Assembly (NCBI GenBank): GCA_051439505.1 | Contig: JBFRWI010000040.1 | Span: 1-23,842 of the forward strand | DNA length: 23,842 bases | DNA from: Hormoscilla sp. | GTDB taxonomy: Bacteria > Cyanobacteriota > Cyanobacteriia > Cyanobacteriales > Desertifilaceae | Reading direction: 5' to 3' | Shown: positions 1 through 8,718 of the stretch, piece after piece | Numbering within the stretch: position 1 is the first letter of the stretch | Layout: every line of letters starts with the position of its first letter | Made by a program: the position numbers and the translations under genes | The notes under the pieces: generated by a model | What the model was told of the DNA's origin: nothing | The model's database searches: none | Seen by the model: only the letters and a program-made list of their open reading frames with translations

Positions 1-415
1 CAAAAAAGGAACCACCGATGTCGAGTCTCGCATTCGGACCAAAAACGATCCCATTAGGATTGATCAGAAACATATTAGCGGTACCGTTAGCTCGAATTAA
101 GCCATCGATATCGGAGATATTACCGCCAGTGACGCGATTGATAATGTTATCAATCTCTAGAGTATTGTTAAAGAATGCCGTCTCTCCAGTGGGGACAGAA
201 AACTCACTGAAGCTGTGGAACAGGTTACCGCCCGATGTCGTACCGCCGGAAATAATCCTCGTATTACCTTGAGGCGTGACTATAGTATTGTTCGGCAGGG
301 TCGTATCTGCGGTAATTTGGGCCTCTGCGGTGCTGGTAGTGACTAGCAGACTCAGGAACAGACTACCAGTTGACCAGAGCAACCGGTGAGGAAGCAGCTG
401 GGTGTAAGCTGACAT
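1..415 (-). CDS. Filamentous haemagglutinin N-terminal (TPS secretion) domain exoprotein; 5' part only, continues beyond the left edge
   Basis: Not in the ORF track. Manual translation from ATG at 415: [136 protein letters not shown]. It has a signal peptide (AEA|Q) and the NLFHSF, RVTGG and NPNGI TPS motifs. Confidence 0.92.
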   Translation of the reverse strand, partial: MSAYTQLLPHRLLWSTGSLFLSLLVTTSTAEAQITADTTLPNNTIVTPQGNTRIISGGTTSGGNLFHSFSEFSVPTGETAFFNNTLEIDNIINRVTGGNISDIDGLIRANGTANMFLINPNGIVFGPNARLDIGGSFF

Positions 416-522
416 ATCAGGCCCCCTTATGTGGGCTATGTTGATATTTTTATTGTAACGCCATTTGTCCCCAGGGAACGATTTTATTTTAAGAATTGTA
501 ACAGTTTATATTTTAACGATCC

Positions 523-560
523 CCCCCTCTTTGCCTGACGAAAGCCAGGCAAAGAGGGGG
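523..560. terminator. Perfect 15-bp stem hairpin (terminator-like or leader structure)
   Basis: CCCCCTCTTTGCCTG-acgaaagc-CAGGCAAAGAGGGGG, between the FTR1 3' end and the FHA gene start. Confidence 0.5.
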
Positions 561-647
561 TTTCGGCTTGAATATCCTCTTTAAATCTATGGCTTCATAA
601 CATCTTTCTTAACATTTTTTGCAGCAGTCACTCACAGGGTACCGGTA

Positions 648-750
648 TAAGCAATTCAAAATTCAAAATTCAAAATTCAAAATTGGGAAAGTCCCTCATA
701 ACAAGGATCGCGGCGGATCTGCATATGCAATTTAAATGCACGACAGCTTA
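648..750. repeat. ~100-bp MITE-like segment containing an (AATTCAA)4 heptamer array
   Basis: TAAGC at 648 and GCTTA at 746-750 form short inverted ends. Four AATTCAA units lie at 653-680. The right end is ATGCAATTTAAATGCACGACAGCTTA. Confidence 0.45.
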
Positions 751-797
751 AATAGAAAATGCTTGACAAATTTTGAATGTGAGAGAATTGTTTATCA

Positions 798-814
798 GGT
801 GGGCACCGCCCACC
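798..814. repeat. Palindromic REP-like family B (GGTGGGCnnnGCCCACC)
   Basis: Further copies at 10256-10276, 10926-10941 and 22306-22326, and a half copy at 14860-14873. The four full copies lie just 3' of stop codons. Confidence 0.8.
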
Positions 815-821
815 CGACGTT

Positions 822-1769
822 TTAATTCTGACTTTCAACGGATTTAGCATTGCTGGGGGCAAAAATTGGCCGACCCGTTAAACTGCTCAAATACGTTCCG
901 CCCACGGCAAGCAGGAACAGAACGTAACCTACTGCTTCTAGGAGATACAGCTTTTCCCGATAGCCAAACAATATTTTCAGCAAAATTCCGGGAAATTGTT
1001 TCTGGGGGAGAATGCTTGAGGCATCCCAAAGCATTGGTCCTAAAATACAGGAGCCGTTGGTGGCCAAATCTCCATAGAAACAGAGTCCTGCTTGTCCGTT
1101 CATCATTGCCAGTTGATTGACGACAGTGTCTAAATGTGCTAGAAAGGAGATAACTAAACCGGCAACAATCAGTAGCAACAAGACGCCCATCACCTGAAAA
1201 AAGGCGCGAATGTTGATTTGGACTCCCAATTTGAAGATGAGCAGGCCAATTATTGCTGCCACCATCAAACCGGCGATCGCCCCCACAACTGGAGCTAACC
1301 CTGATTGAAAGTAAGCAAGCACCAAGGCAACCGCTTCAAAGCCTTCTCGTAAGACGGCAATCAGAATTAAGATAAAGATGCCCCAACCGGCATTATTACC
1401 TTGTTCGATCGCGCTTTGAACGGCTCCGGCAACTTCTGCTTTCATCGATCGGGCCTGTTGAGTCATCCAGATGAGCATCCAACTGAGGAGGGCGATCGCG
1501 AGCAAACCAAAGCCCCCTTCCAGTCCATCTTCTATCACCTCGGAATACTGGGGATAGCTAGCAGTTAAACTGGCCATTCCCCAACTAAACAAGACCCCGA
1601 CTATGGCACTGCCGATAATTCCCACACCGATACCACTATAAACCCAAGGGTTCAACTGACTTTGTTCGGCTTTTTTCAGGCAAGCTAAAACAATTCCTAC
1701 CACTAATGCGGCTTCCACCCCTTCTCTGAGGGTGATTAAAAAAGTTGGTAAAGCTGAAGTTAAATCCAT
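822..1769 (-). CDS. efeU: FTR1/EfeU-family high-affinity iron permease
   Basis: 315 aa, multiple TM helices, two RExxE motifs (LREGVEAALV, LREGFEAV). Confidence 0.93.
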   Translation of the reverse strand: MDLTSALPTFLITLREGVEAALVVGIVLACLKKAEQSQLNPWVYSGIGVGIIGSAIVGVLFSWGMASLTASYPQYSEVIEDGLEGGFGLLAIALLSWMLIWMTQQARSMKAEVAGAVQSAIEQGNNAGWGIFILILIAVLREGFEAVALVLAYFQSGLAPVVGAIAGLMVAAIIGLLIFKLGVQINIRAFFQVMGVLLLLIVAGLVISFLAHLDTVVNQLAMMNGQAGLCFYGDLATNGSCILGPMLWDASSILPQKQFPGILLKILFGYREKLYLLEAVGYVLFLLAVGGTYLSSLTGRPIFAPSNAKSVESQN

Positions 1770-1771
1770 CG

Positions 1772-1833
1772 TAATTGCTAATTGCTAATTGCTAATTGCT
1801 AATTGCTAATTGCTAATTGCTAATTGCTAATGC
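1772..1833. repeat. Heptamer tandem repeat (TAATTGC)8 plus one degenerate unit (STRR-type)
   Basis: Eight perfect units at 1772-1827 followed by TAATGC. The array ends 2 nt upstream of the FTR1 ATG. Confidence 0.95.
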
Positions 1834-1853
1834 TTTAGATCTGGCATCACTCG

Positions 1854-1910
1854 GGTGCATCTTAATGCGGGGGCCCCTACAGATAAATTTGCTTGCGGTC
1901 CAGATGCACC
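1854..1910. repeat. Small inverted-repeat element GGTGCATCT...AGATGCACC
   Basis: 9-bp inverted ends. Half sites recur at ~19898-19907 (AGATGCACCC) and ~22332-22341 (GGGTGCATCT). Confidence 0.5.
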
Positions 1911-1955
1911 GGCGTCACTCTCAAGGCGATCGATCGCCAACAACTAGCACAAATA

Positions 1956-2390
1956 TTAGCTAAAGTCGCGCAACATCTTTTTAATTTCGATGTTGTGCAG
2001 TTCCTCCTGACCGATCATGCCGCGAGCGAATTCTTCCAGATAGATGCTGGCATCTTCTACTGTATCTAGTAACTCCTTATACAGTTCTAAGGCTTTTTTC
2101 TCATGGTTGAGGCTTTCTTCGAGAATGTCCTTGACAGAGTGTTTGTAGCTTTCCTCAATAGGCGCGATCCGCTGAGTAGGATGGCCTTCCAAACCAGTGA
2201 GAATTTCTCCCACCTGCTGGGCGTGTAGCAGGGACTCATTTGCTTGATTCTTAAAGAAGTTCACGATCGGGATGCGGTTGGGCCCCGTCACCATCAGGGC
2301 ATAGTGAGTGTAGCGCACGACCCCTGCCAGTTCAAATTCCATGATCTGCTTTAGCTGGCTGTTGGTCTTTTCTACGTCAAGTTCTTTCAT
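1956..2390 (-). CDS. bfr: Bacterioferritin/ferritin-like diiron-fold protein
   Basis: 144 aa four-helix-bundle pattern (E20-x6-Y27, ESLLH, HEKKALELY, QEELH), directly upstream of and co-oriented with FTR1. Confidence 0.82.
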   Translation of the reverse strand: MKELDVEKTNSQLKQIMEFELAGVVRYTHYALMVTGPNRIPIVNFFKNQANESLLHAQQVGEILTGLEGHPTQRIAPIEESYKHSVKDILEESLNHEKKALELYKELLDTVEDASIYLEEFARGMIGQEELHNIEIKKMLRDFS

Positions 2391-2743
2391 CTGTTTTGAG
2401 TACCATAAGAGTCCAGTTCGACTCCGCTCACTGCAAGCAGAGTTATTTCATTCTACCCGATCGCCGTCACCCGTGCATGGTGCGGCTACAAGAACCAAGT
2501 CCGCCTGCGCGGGCTATATTGCTTGCTAACTTAAGAATAAAATAGCCCTGATGTAAGAGTCAATTATCTATTATCCCCGATCCGCTAGCAAAAGCCAAAT
2601 AGAAAATCTGTAATCCTTGCGCAGACAGCATTTGAGGGCGATCGGGCCAGGGGAAATCTCCCGCAAATGCCCCTGGAGGGCATTGTCAAGCTGGGTTAAA
2701 ACCACCGAAGCTATAGTTTGTAGCCATAACTCAAGGACACTGT

Positions 2744-3523
2744 ATGAGACAAAAGTTATGCTTGATGGGAACTATAGGGTTTCTGGCGATCGGGACTCTT
2801 TGGGGATGCTCGGCTCCGGAAGTGGCCTCTAGCGGCAGACTGCAAATTCGCGCTAACGGTGAAGACTTCGTGCGTCAGGGCTTTGTATCGAAAGATGGCT
2901 GGAAGATCGGCTTCGACCATTTATACGTCACCCTCACAGATGTTGTGGCAACTCAGAGTAACCCGGACGCCTCTGTCATCCTCGATACAGTCCAGACTGT
3001 GGATCTAGCAGCCGGTGACGAAAATGCCGATCCAATTTTGGTACATGAATTTACACAGGCCCCAGCGGGTCATTACAATGGTCTCTCTTGGAAAATGGTC
3101 GAGGCTACCTCCGGACCTGCCAAAGGTTACGTGCTGGTGATGGAGGGTACAGCTATCAAGGATAGCCAAATCATTCAGTTTGCGATCGCGATCGATCGGG
3201 AATACGCCTTAAGCTGTGGGGAGTTTGTCGGGGAAGAGCGCAAAGGTATTCTCTCACCAGGGGGAACTGCTGAGGTAGAAGCGACTTTCCACTTCGACCA
3301 CATCTTCGGTGATGGTGACGCACCACCGGAGGAGGACATTAACACTGGAGCGCTAGGCTTTGCACCCCTGGCTGCATTGGCAAATAATGGCAAGTTGGAA
3401 GTAAATATGGCGACTCTCAAGCAGAGTCTTTCACCTCAAGATTACCAGAAACTGGAGAAAACTCTGGCTTCTCTCGGTCATGTCGGGGAAGGTCATTGTC
3501 AAGAATCTCTAACATCACATTAA
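2744..3523 (+). CDS. Lipoprotein, DUF4382-like, putative periplasmic metal-binding component of the Ni/Co transporter
   Basis: Lipobox LWG|C, motifs ANGEDFVRQGFVSKDGW, TFHFDHIFGD and C-terminal GHVGEGHC; first gene of the cbiM/cbiQ cluster. Confidence 0.72.
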   Translation: MRQKLCLMGTIGFLAIGTLWGCSAPEVASSGRLQIRANGEDFVRQGFVSKDGWKIGFDHLYVTLTDVVATQSNPDASVILDTVQTVDLAAGDENADPILVHEFTQAPAGHYNGLSWKMVEATSGPAKGYVLVMEGTAIKDSQIIQFAIAIDREYALSCGEFVGEERKGILSPGGTAEVEATFHFDHIFGDGDAPPEEDINTGALGFAPLAALANNGKLEVNMATLKQSLSPQDYQKLEKTLASLGHVGEGHCQESLTSH

Positions 3524-3541
3524 TTATCATCAATCATCAAG

Positions 3542-3713
3542 TTGGTAGGAGACCTCGTCGCCCGAACCCGTTCCCAGGCAGAGCCGTGGGAACGAGAGGT
3601 CCGGCTACATGAACAAAGCAATGTCATTGCGAGCGCAGCGCGGCAACCGCCTGCGCGGGCTATTATATGTATCGGGATACGCCGCTGGCTATCAACTACT
3701 TATGACCACACCC
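3542..3713. mobile_element. Mosaic palindromic insertion bounded by 24-bp direct repeats
   Basis: CATTAATTATCATCAA[T/G]CATCAAG at 3518-3541 and 3714-3737. The interior holds CGTTCCCAGGCAGAGCCGTGGGAACG, TGTCATTGCGAGCGCAGCG and CCGCCTGCGCGGGCTA, each related to repeats elsewhere in the window. Confidence 0.6.
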
Positions 3714-3806
3714 CATTAATTATCATCAAGCATCAAGAAAGGGGGCGCCAGCATTGCTGAATCTTGTCCGATCGACTATTGTACTTCTATTAAGACTCAC
3801 AACCGC

Positions 3807-4256
3807 ATGATTGGGAAGTTAAAATTAGTAATCCCACTGATTTTTAGTGCTGTCATGAGTTGGCAGACTGAGGCGATCGCCCATGGCGCGATCGTGAAAC
3901 ACAAAATTATCCAGACAGTTGAAATTAAGGCTAGCTACGACTCGGGTGAACCGATGGCAAATGCTCAAATCACAGTTTATGCACCTGATGACCCGGCAAA
4001 ACCCTGGTTGCAAGGTACTGCGGACGCACGGGGTCGCTTTATCTTTACCCCTGATGCGGTAGGATCTTGGGAGGTAAAGGTACGCAAAGCCGGTCACGGG
4101 GAGATCGTCAGGATTTCCATTGGCGATCAGGGGCAAAAGTCTCCCAAGTCAACCGTAAATCCTCTCCAGAAATTGGCGATGACAGGTGCGGTAATCTGGG
4201 GATTTGTAGGCACGGCATTGTTTTTTTCACGGGACAATAAAAATGCACATTCCTGA
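3807..4256 (+). CDS. NikL/CbiL-like accessory component of a Ni/Co ECF transporter (carboxypeptidase-regulatory-like fold)
   Basis: Signal peptide ending AIA|HG (His at mature N-terminus), YDSGEPMANAQITVYAP, GHG motif, C-terminal TM helix; overlaps the cbiM start. Confidence 0.78.
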   Translation: MIGKLKLVIPLIFSAVMSWQTEAIAHGAIVKHKIIQTVEIKASYDSGEPMANAQITVYAPDDPAKPWLQGTADARGRFIFTPDAVGSWEVKVRKAGHGEIVRISIGDQGQKSPKSTVNPLQKLAMTGAVIWGFVGTALFFSRDNKNAHS

Positions 4257-4881
4257 CGGTATTTTGCCCCCCGCTGTGGCGATCGGGGGTTATGGGATGA
4301 CTGGTGCAGTGACTTGGTTATCTCTGCGCCAGATCGATCGGGATAAAAATCCCCAAGAGAACATCCCCAAGGCGTCTCTGCTAACGGCAGCTTTTTTTGC
4401 CGCTTCATCCATTCACGTTCCGGTGCCACCCACGAGCGTCCATTTGCTGTTAAATGGACTTTTAGGGGCGGTGTTAGGTTATTATGCTTTTCCCGCAATT
4501 CTGGTAGGATTGTTTTTCCAGGCGGTAATGTTTCAGCATGGCGGTTTATCTACCCTGGGAATAAATGCTATCTTAATGGGAGTGCCTGCATTAATTGCCG
4601 GTTATGTTTTTAGATTCCGCTCACTGCTGGGACGGGAAAACAAGCTGTGGATAGGTATTTTTGGCTTCCTGGCAGGGGCGATCGGGGTAGGACTGGCAGC
4701 GTCAATCTTTTTCTCGCTAATTATTACCAATATTCCAGCGGAACTCGACGTGCAAGCGGAACGGACTGCTATCTACGCTTTGATGTTAGCACAGATTCCC
4801 TTGATGGCGATCGAGGGCATGTTTACAGCAATGGTAGCATTGTTTCTGGAACGAGTCAAGCCCGAAATGCTGAGAAGTTAA
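4243..4881 (+). CDS. cbiM: Ni/Co ECF transporter S component CbiM/NikM
   Basis: Diagnostic N-terminus MHIPDG, SVHLLLNGL, FQHGGLSTLGIN; about 7 TM helices. Confidence 0.95.
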   Translation: MHIPDGILPPAVAIGGYGMTGAVTWLSLRQIDRDKNPQENIPKASLLTAAFFAASSIHVPVPPTSVHLLLNGLLGAVLGYYAFPAILVGLFFQAVMFQHGGLSTLGINAILMGVPALIAGYVFRFRSLLGRENKLWIGIFGFLAGAIGVGLAASIFFSLIITNIPAELDVQAERTAIYALMLAQIPLMAIEGMFTAMVALFLERVKPEMLRS

Positions 4882-5648
4882 TGAAACTGGGACTAGACTC
4901 ATACGCACATTTACACTCGATCATTCATCGGTGGGAACCTAGATGCAAGCTGGTAGGTTTGATGTCATTAATTTTCGCCTTCTCCGGAGTGCAGCATCTG
5001 GGTTTACTGCCAGGGATGGTGGTCTTAGCAAGCGCCCTCTACCGGGTTTCTCAGCTACCGATATCTTTCCTGCTGGGGCGACTGCGCTATCCCGGTTTTT
5101 TTCTTTTGGGGATGGTGGTATTTTTGCCATTTGTAGCGGGAGATACAGTAATTTATAGCATGGGACCATTAGCTTTGCGGTTAGAAGGATGTCTGGCTAC
5201 AATCTCGATCGCGACCAGGTTTTTATGCATTTTCACTGTGGCGATCGTGCTGTTTGGCACGGCCCCCTTTTTAACCAGCATTAAAGCGATGCGGGGGTTA
5301 GGACTGCCGTCAGTTTTGGCGGATATGATGCTATTATCTTATCGGTATCTGGAAGAATTGGGCGATCGGTTCCGTACCATGAAAATAGCAATGAAACTGC
5401 GAGGCTTTCAGGGAAACAAACTGTCAGTGAGGAATTTGCGGGTATTAGCGTCATTAGTTGGTACCCTGCTAGTACGCAGTTACGAACAGTCCCAGATAGT
5501 ATATCAAGCCATGCGGTTACGGGGATATGGTCAGTCTCAACGTCAAGTTCCGAAGCAGTCCGTAGATCGCAGGGATATCCTGTTTCTTGCTGTCGCTTTG
5601 GCGATCGCCGCTACTTTTGTCACCGCAGAAATGCTGTGGTCAGGGTGA
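4881..5648 (+). CDS. cbiQ: Ni/Co ECF transporter T component CbiQ/NikQ
   Basis: True start is most likely ATG 4881, overlapping the cbiM TAA (TAATG), giving 255 aa MKLGLDSYAHLHSIIHRWEPRCKL. Motifs AMKLRGF and AMRLRGY. The track start at 4647 is an over-extension. Confidence 0.92.
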   Translation: MKLGLDSYAHLHSIIHRWEPRCKLVGLMSLIFAFSGVQHLGLLPGMVVLASALYRVSQLPISFLLGRLRYPGFFLLGMVVFLPFVAGDTVIYSMGPLALRLEGCLATISIATRFLCIFTVAIVLFGTAPFLTSIKAMRGLGLPSVLADMMLLSYRYLEELGDRFRTMKIAMKLRGFQGNKLSVRNLRVLASLVGTLLVRSYEQSQIVYQAMRLRGYGQSQRQVPKQSVDRRDILFLAVALAIAATFVTAEMLWSG

Positions 5649-5826
5649 TGTTTTTCAAGTTGCGATCGGGCAGCTGTGGGGCGAAGGTTATTGGTTGAAA
5701 ATTTAGGGCGATCGCGGCTGTCGAACTCACGTGGGAACAAGAGATAGAGACCTCAAGCTCGATCGCCCGATCCTTGGCGTTGGTGACAGGCGATCGCCCC
5801 CCACCAACGAGGTCGAAACTAAGAAT

Positions 5827-6576
5827 TTAGACGCGAACCGGGGATGCTGGCTTGACAGTTGCCAGGGCTTCCACTAAACTGCGGACAGCAGCAATCATTG
5901 CTACTTCGCTATCCAGACGGTTAACGGCAGAACCGACGCCGACCCCAGCAGCACCAGCGGCGATCGCCAAAGGTGCGGTAACGCTAGAGATACCGGAAGC
6001 ACAAAGGACTGGTACTTTAACGGCACGGGAAATTTCATAAGCCGCAGCTAAAGTGGGAGCAGCTTTTTCAAGTAACCCGAGGGTGCCCGCGTGAGTGGGA
6101 GTGCTGCTAGTACCCCCTTCAGTTTGAATGATATCAGCCCCCGCCAGCACCAAATCTTCTGCCAGTTGCACCTGTTCGTCCAAAGGTAAGATGTGAGGAA
6201 CCGTGACAGAGAGAGTAATATCGGGAAGGAGCGATCGGGTTTCGCGAGTCAGCTGCAACACTTCTGGGGCTTCAAACCGCCGCCCTTGGGCATAGAAAGC
6301 ATCAAAGTTACCAATTTCAATCAAGTCAGCACCAGCAGCTACTACCGGTGGGAACTTCTCCGGTTCCACTGCCGAGACGCAGATAGGCAAGTTGCCGATC
6401 TGATGGCAAAGGCGCACCAAGTCTGGGTCCGCAGCAATATCAACGCAGGTGGCCCCGCCCAAGTCCGCTGCCTTGACAGTCGCAGCGACCTTTTGGGGAT
6501 TAAAATTAGTCAAGCCACTGATAATCTTGAGTACAGAGCCTTGAGCAAAGGCACTCTGGAGTTTGGGATGCATCAT
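5827..6576 (-). CDS. ycf23: DUF561 / Ycf23 family protein (TIM-barrel-like)
   Basis: LKIISGLTNF, GADLIEIGNFDAFY, IIQTEGGTSS, VLCASG motifs. Confidence 0.88.
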   Translation of the reverse strand: MMHPKLQSAFAQGSVLKIISGLTNFNPQKVAATVKAADLGGATCVDIAADPDLVRLCHQIGNLPICVSAVEPEKFPPVVAAGADLIEIGNFDAFYAQGRRFEAPEVLQLTRETRSLLPDITLSVTVPHILPLDEQVQLAEDLVLAGADIIQTEGGTSSTPTHAGTLGLLEKAAPTLAAAYEISRAVKVPVLCASGISSVTAPLAIAAGAAGVGVGSAVNRLDSEVAMIAAVRSLVEALATVKPASPVRV

Positions 6577-6672
6577 TTTCCTTCAACGTAAGCGTGAAAA
6601 ACAGCCAGCTAAATTGCTGGCATAGTCCTAAAGTAGAATAACTCAAAATCTCCGAAAGGCCCGTTTTAGCTT

Positions 6673-8487
6673 ATGGAAACAGTAGCACGTCAGGATAAGT
6701 TGCACAATTGGCAACAGAGAGTACAGCAGGAGTTGCAGTCGCGACTGTCTGGGGAGATACAGGTGTGGTGCAAACTCCAGCAGTCTACCTTGCTAGTTTT
6801 GGTGCAACATGGGGCAGACCCGGTTGACAGGCAACAAACCTTCCATATTCTACAACAGGCCCTAGTCGCCCAGCCTCTCCTTGCTGTCCGCCAGGTGAGA
6901 ATGTTCCTGAGAGTGGCTGGCCAAAAGCAGCCTTATGCCGATCGGGATTTTACCATTATCTCTCAGGTGGTGCCAGGAAAAGCACAGCAGCACCGATCGG
7001 TCGTGTTCCTGCCACGTCCCCAGCAAAGTTCCCCATCCGGTCTCGGGGCCCAGCGCTGGGGTAGTTATATCCTTAATCATCTCCAAACAAGTCGGCAGAA
7101 GGGCAGGAGATTGACAGATAATCATCTGTTAATGAAACCGAAGGTTTTAGCTAAAAATGATTCGCGATCGCGGAGTAAGCAGAAATTACCTAATCGGTTG
7201 GGACTATTGCTGATTGTATCAGGGGTGGGTATTGGCATTGTATCTTTTCTGGGGGCATTTTATGCGTTAACTCGTCCCTGCACCCTCTCTGGGCGATGCG
7301 TTCCCATAGAAACAGCCTCAGAATTAATCTATTCAGCAGCAGCAACAGCTGAGTCGGAAAAGAATAGTGAAGAACTGAAATTAGCGCTAGAAAAATTAGT
7401 AACAGCAACCCAGGACTTGGAAAAGATTCCCTTCTGGTCGGGCCATCACGCTAGGGCCCAACAGCTGTTAGAGAGTAACCAACGGCAGGCGCAGAATTTG
7501 GACTTGATGGTCCGGGGCATGGATAAGGCCATGTCAGCGGCAATTATGAGCCAAGACCCGCCCCATCCTGTGGAAAAATGGCAAGAGATGAAGTTACTCT
7601 GGCAGCAGGCGATCGCCCTGCTATCAATCATAACTCCAGACAGCTACGTCCAGGAACTGCGGTCCGCAAAACTTCAGGAATACGGGGCCAACTTGGTGGC
7701 GATCTCTAAGCGACTGCAATTAGAGAAAGAGGCCCAGATCCAACTAGAAGCAGCGAAGGAGTTAGCAAGCATTGCTTTAGCGCGTCAGGGAATAGCCCAA
7801 ACTCTGGAAAATTGGCAGGTAGTGCAAGCAACCTGGTCGGAAGCGGTAAATAAACTGTCTGCTGTCAACAAAGGGACAAGGGCAGATCTAGAGGCCCAGC
7901 AGCTATGGGTAGCATATCAGTCGGGGTTGGCGTCGGCACGCGATCGGCAAACGAGAGAGGAATTTTCTGCTACAACATACCAAGAAGCATTGAGATTAGC
8001 AAAACAAGCCCAAAGCTTCTCCCAACAGCAGGAATACGGGCAAGCGGTAAGCAACTGGCGTTTAGCTCTCACCTATGCCCAGCAGGTACCCAAAGACAGT
8101 TTTCATTACCCAGTTGCGCAACCGCTAATCAGTTCCTACAGTGCTTCCCTAGCAGCAGCGGAAGTCAAATTAAGAGTCGCCCTAGTCTTAAAAAAAACCC
8201 GCGCCCATCTAAAGCGTACTTGTACGGGTATACCAACGATCTGCGAATATAATGTGACGGAAAATTTAATCACAGTGCAGTTGAAACCAGAATATGTTCG
8301 CGCGGTGAAAGAGACCTTTATTTCGGCGGGAAATAGGGGGGACTACGATACATTAGTAAATATGGACGAACATCTGGACAGTTTGCGTGCGGCCCTGCAA
8401 GCAATTAGCGATAATGCCGATATTCCCCTAGAACTATACGATCAATACGGTCAATTGAAGGGAGCTTACGTGCCGAAGAGATCGTAG
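6673..8487 (+). CDS. Conserved cyanobacterial hypothetical protein, single TM anchor plus long helical-repeat domain
   Basis: 604 aa ORF, TM at ~aa177-200, Cys pairs (RPCTLSGRC, CTGIPTIC), repeated WxxAI/AV helical units. Confidence 0.78.
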   Translation: METVARQDKLHNWQQRVQQELQSRLSGEIQVWCKLQQSTLLVLVQHGADPVDRQQTFHILQQALVAQPLLAVRQVRMFLRVAGQKQPYADRDFTIISQVVPGKAQQHRSVVFLPRPQQSSPSGLGAQRWGSYILNHLQTSRQKGRRLTDNHLLMKPKVLAKNDSRSRSKQKLPNRLGLLLIVSGVGIGIVSFLGAFYALTRPCTLSGRCVPIETASELIYSAAATAESEKNSEELKLALEKLVTATQDLEKIPFWSGHHARAQQLLESNQRQAQNLDLMVRGMDKAMSAAIMSQDPPHPVEKWQEMKLLWQQAIALLSIITPDSYVQELRSAKLQEYGANLVAISKRLQLEKEAQIQLEAAKELASIALARQGIAQTLENWQVVQATWSEAVNKLSAVNKGTRADLEAQQLWVAYQSGLASARDRQTREEFSATTYQEALRLAKQAQSFSQQQEYGQAVSNWRLALTYAQQVPKDSFHYPVAQPLISSYSASLAAAEVKLRVALVLKKTRAHLKRTCTGIPTICEYNVTENLITVQLKPEYVRAVKETFISAGNRGDYDTLVNMDEHLDSLRAALQAISDNADIPLELYDQYGQLKGAYVPKRS

Positions 8488-8493
8488 TCTCCT

Positions 8494-8715
8494 AGTCTCC
8501 TGGCCCGCCCGGGGTTCAAACCCCGGGCTAATAGCTTAAGTCGGTTGAAACCGACTATTACCTTATAAAGAAAGCATTTTACCCTCGTCCCCAGGCTTCA
8601 CGAGAGGAGTCCTTATCTAGACAATGTTGAGAGTGGGTCTTAACCCACTTTAGCCTCGTTACCTGGCTCCGCCTGGTAACGCCGTGGGTTTTAACCCACG
8701 GCGGACCAGGAGACT
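8494..8715. mobile_element. Composite inverted-repeat element with family A ends and internal hairpins
   Basis: Left end AGTCTCCTGGCCCGCCCGGGGTTCAAACCCCGGG versus reverse complement of right end AGTCTCCTGGTCCGCCGTGGGTTAAAACCCACGG. A full family A double hairpin lies at 8503-8557. Confidence 0.65.
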
Positions 8716-8718
8716 TAT

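Noticed and set aside
18..272. 84-aa plus-strand ORF
   Set aside because: Antisense to the clear FHA/TPS gene
2529..2580. Fur box upstream of the ferritin-like gene
   Set aside because: AATTATCTATTATC is only a partial match in AT-rich DNA; plausible by context but not supportable
2620..2740. Cobalamin or NiCo riboswitch upstream of the cbiM cluster
   Set aside because: There is a CCAGGGG...CCCCTGG stem and a GGGAA, but I could not find the B12-box or the other conserved elements; an Rfam search would be needed
3542..3760. 72-aa ORF between the lipoprotein and NikL-like genes
   Set aside because: TTG start and composed of repeat fragments
4647..4880. N-terminal extension of CbiQ in the ORF track
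   Set aside because: Overlaps cbiM out of frame; CbiQ-like sequence starts at the coupled ATG 4881
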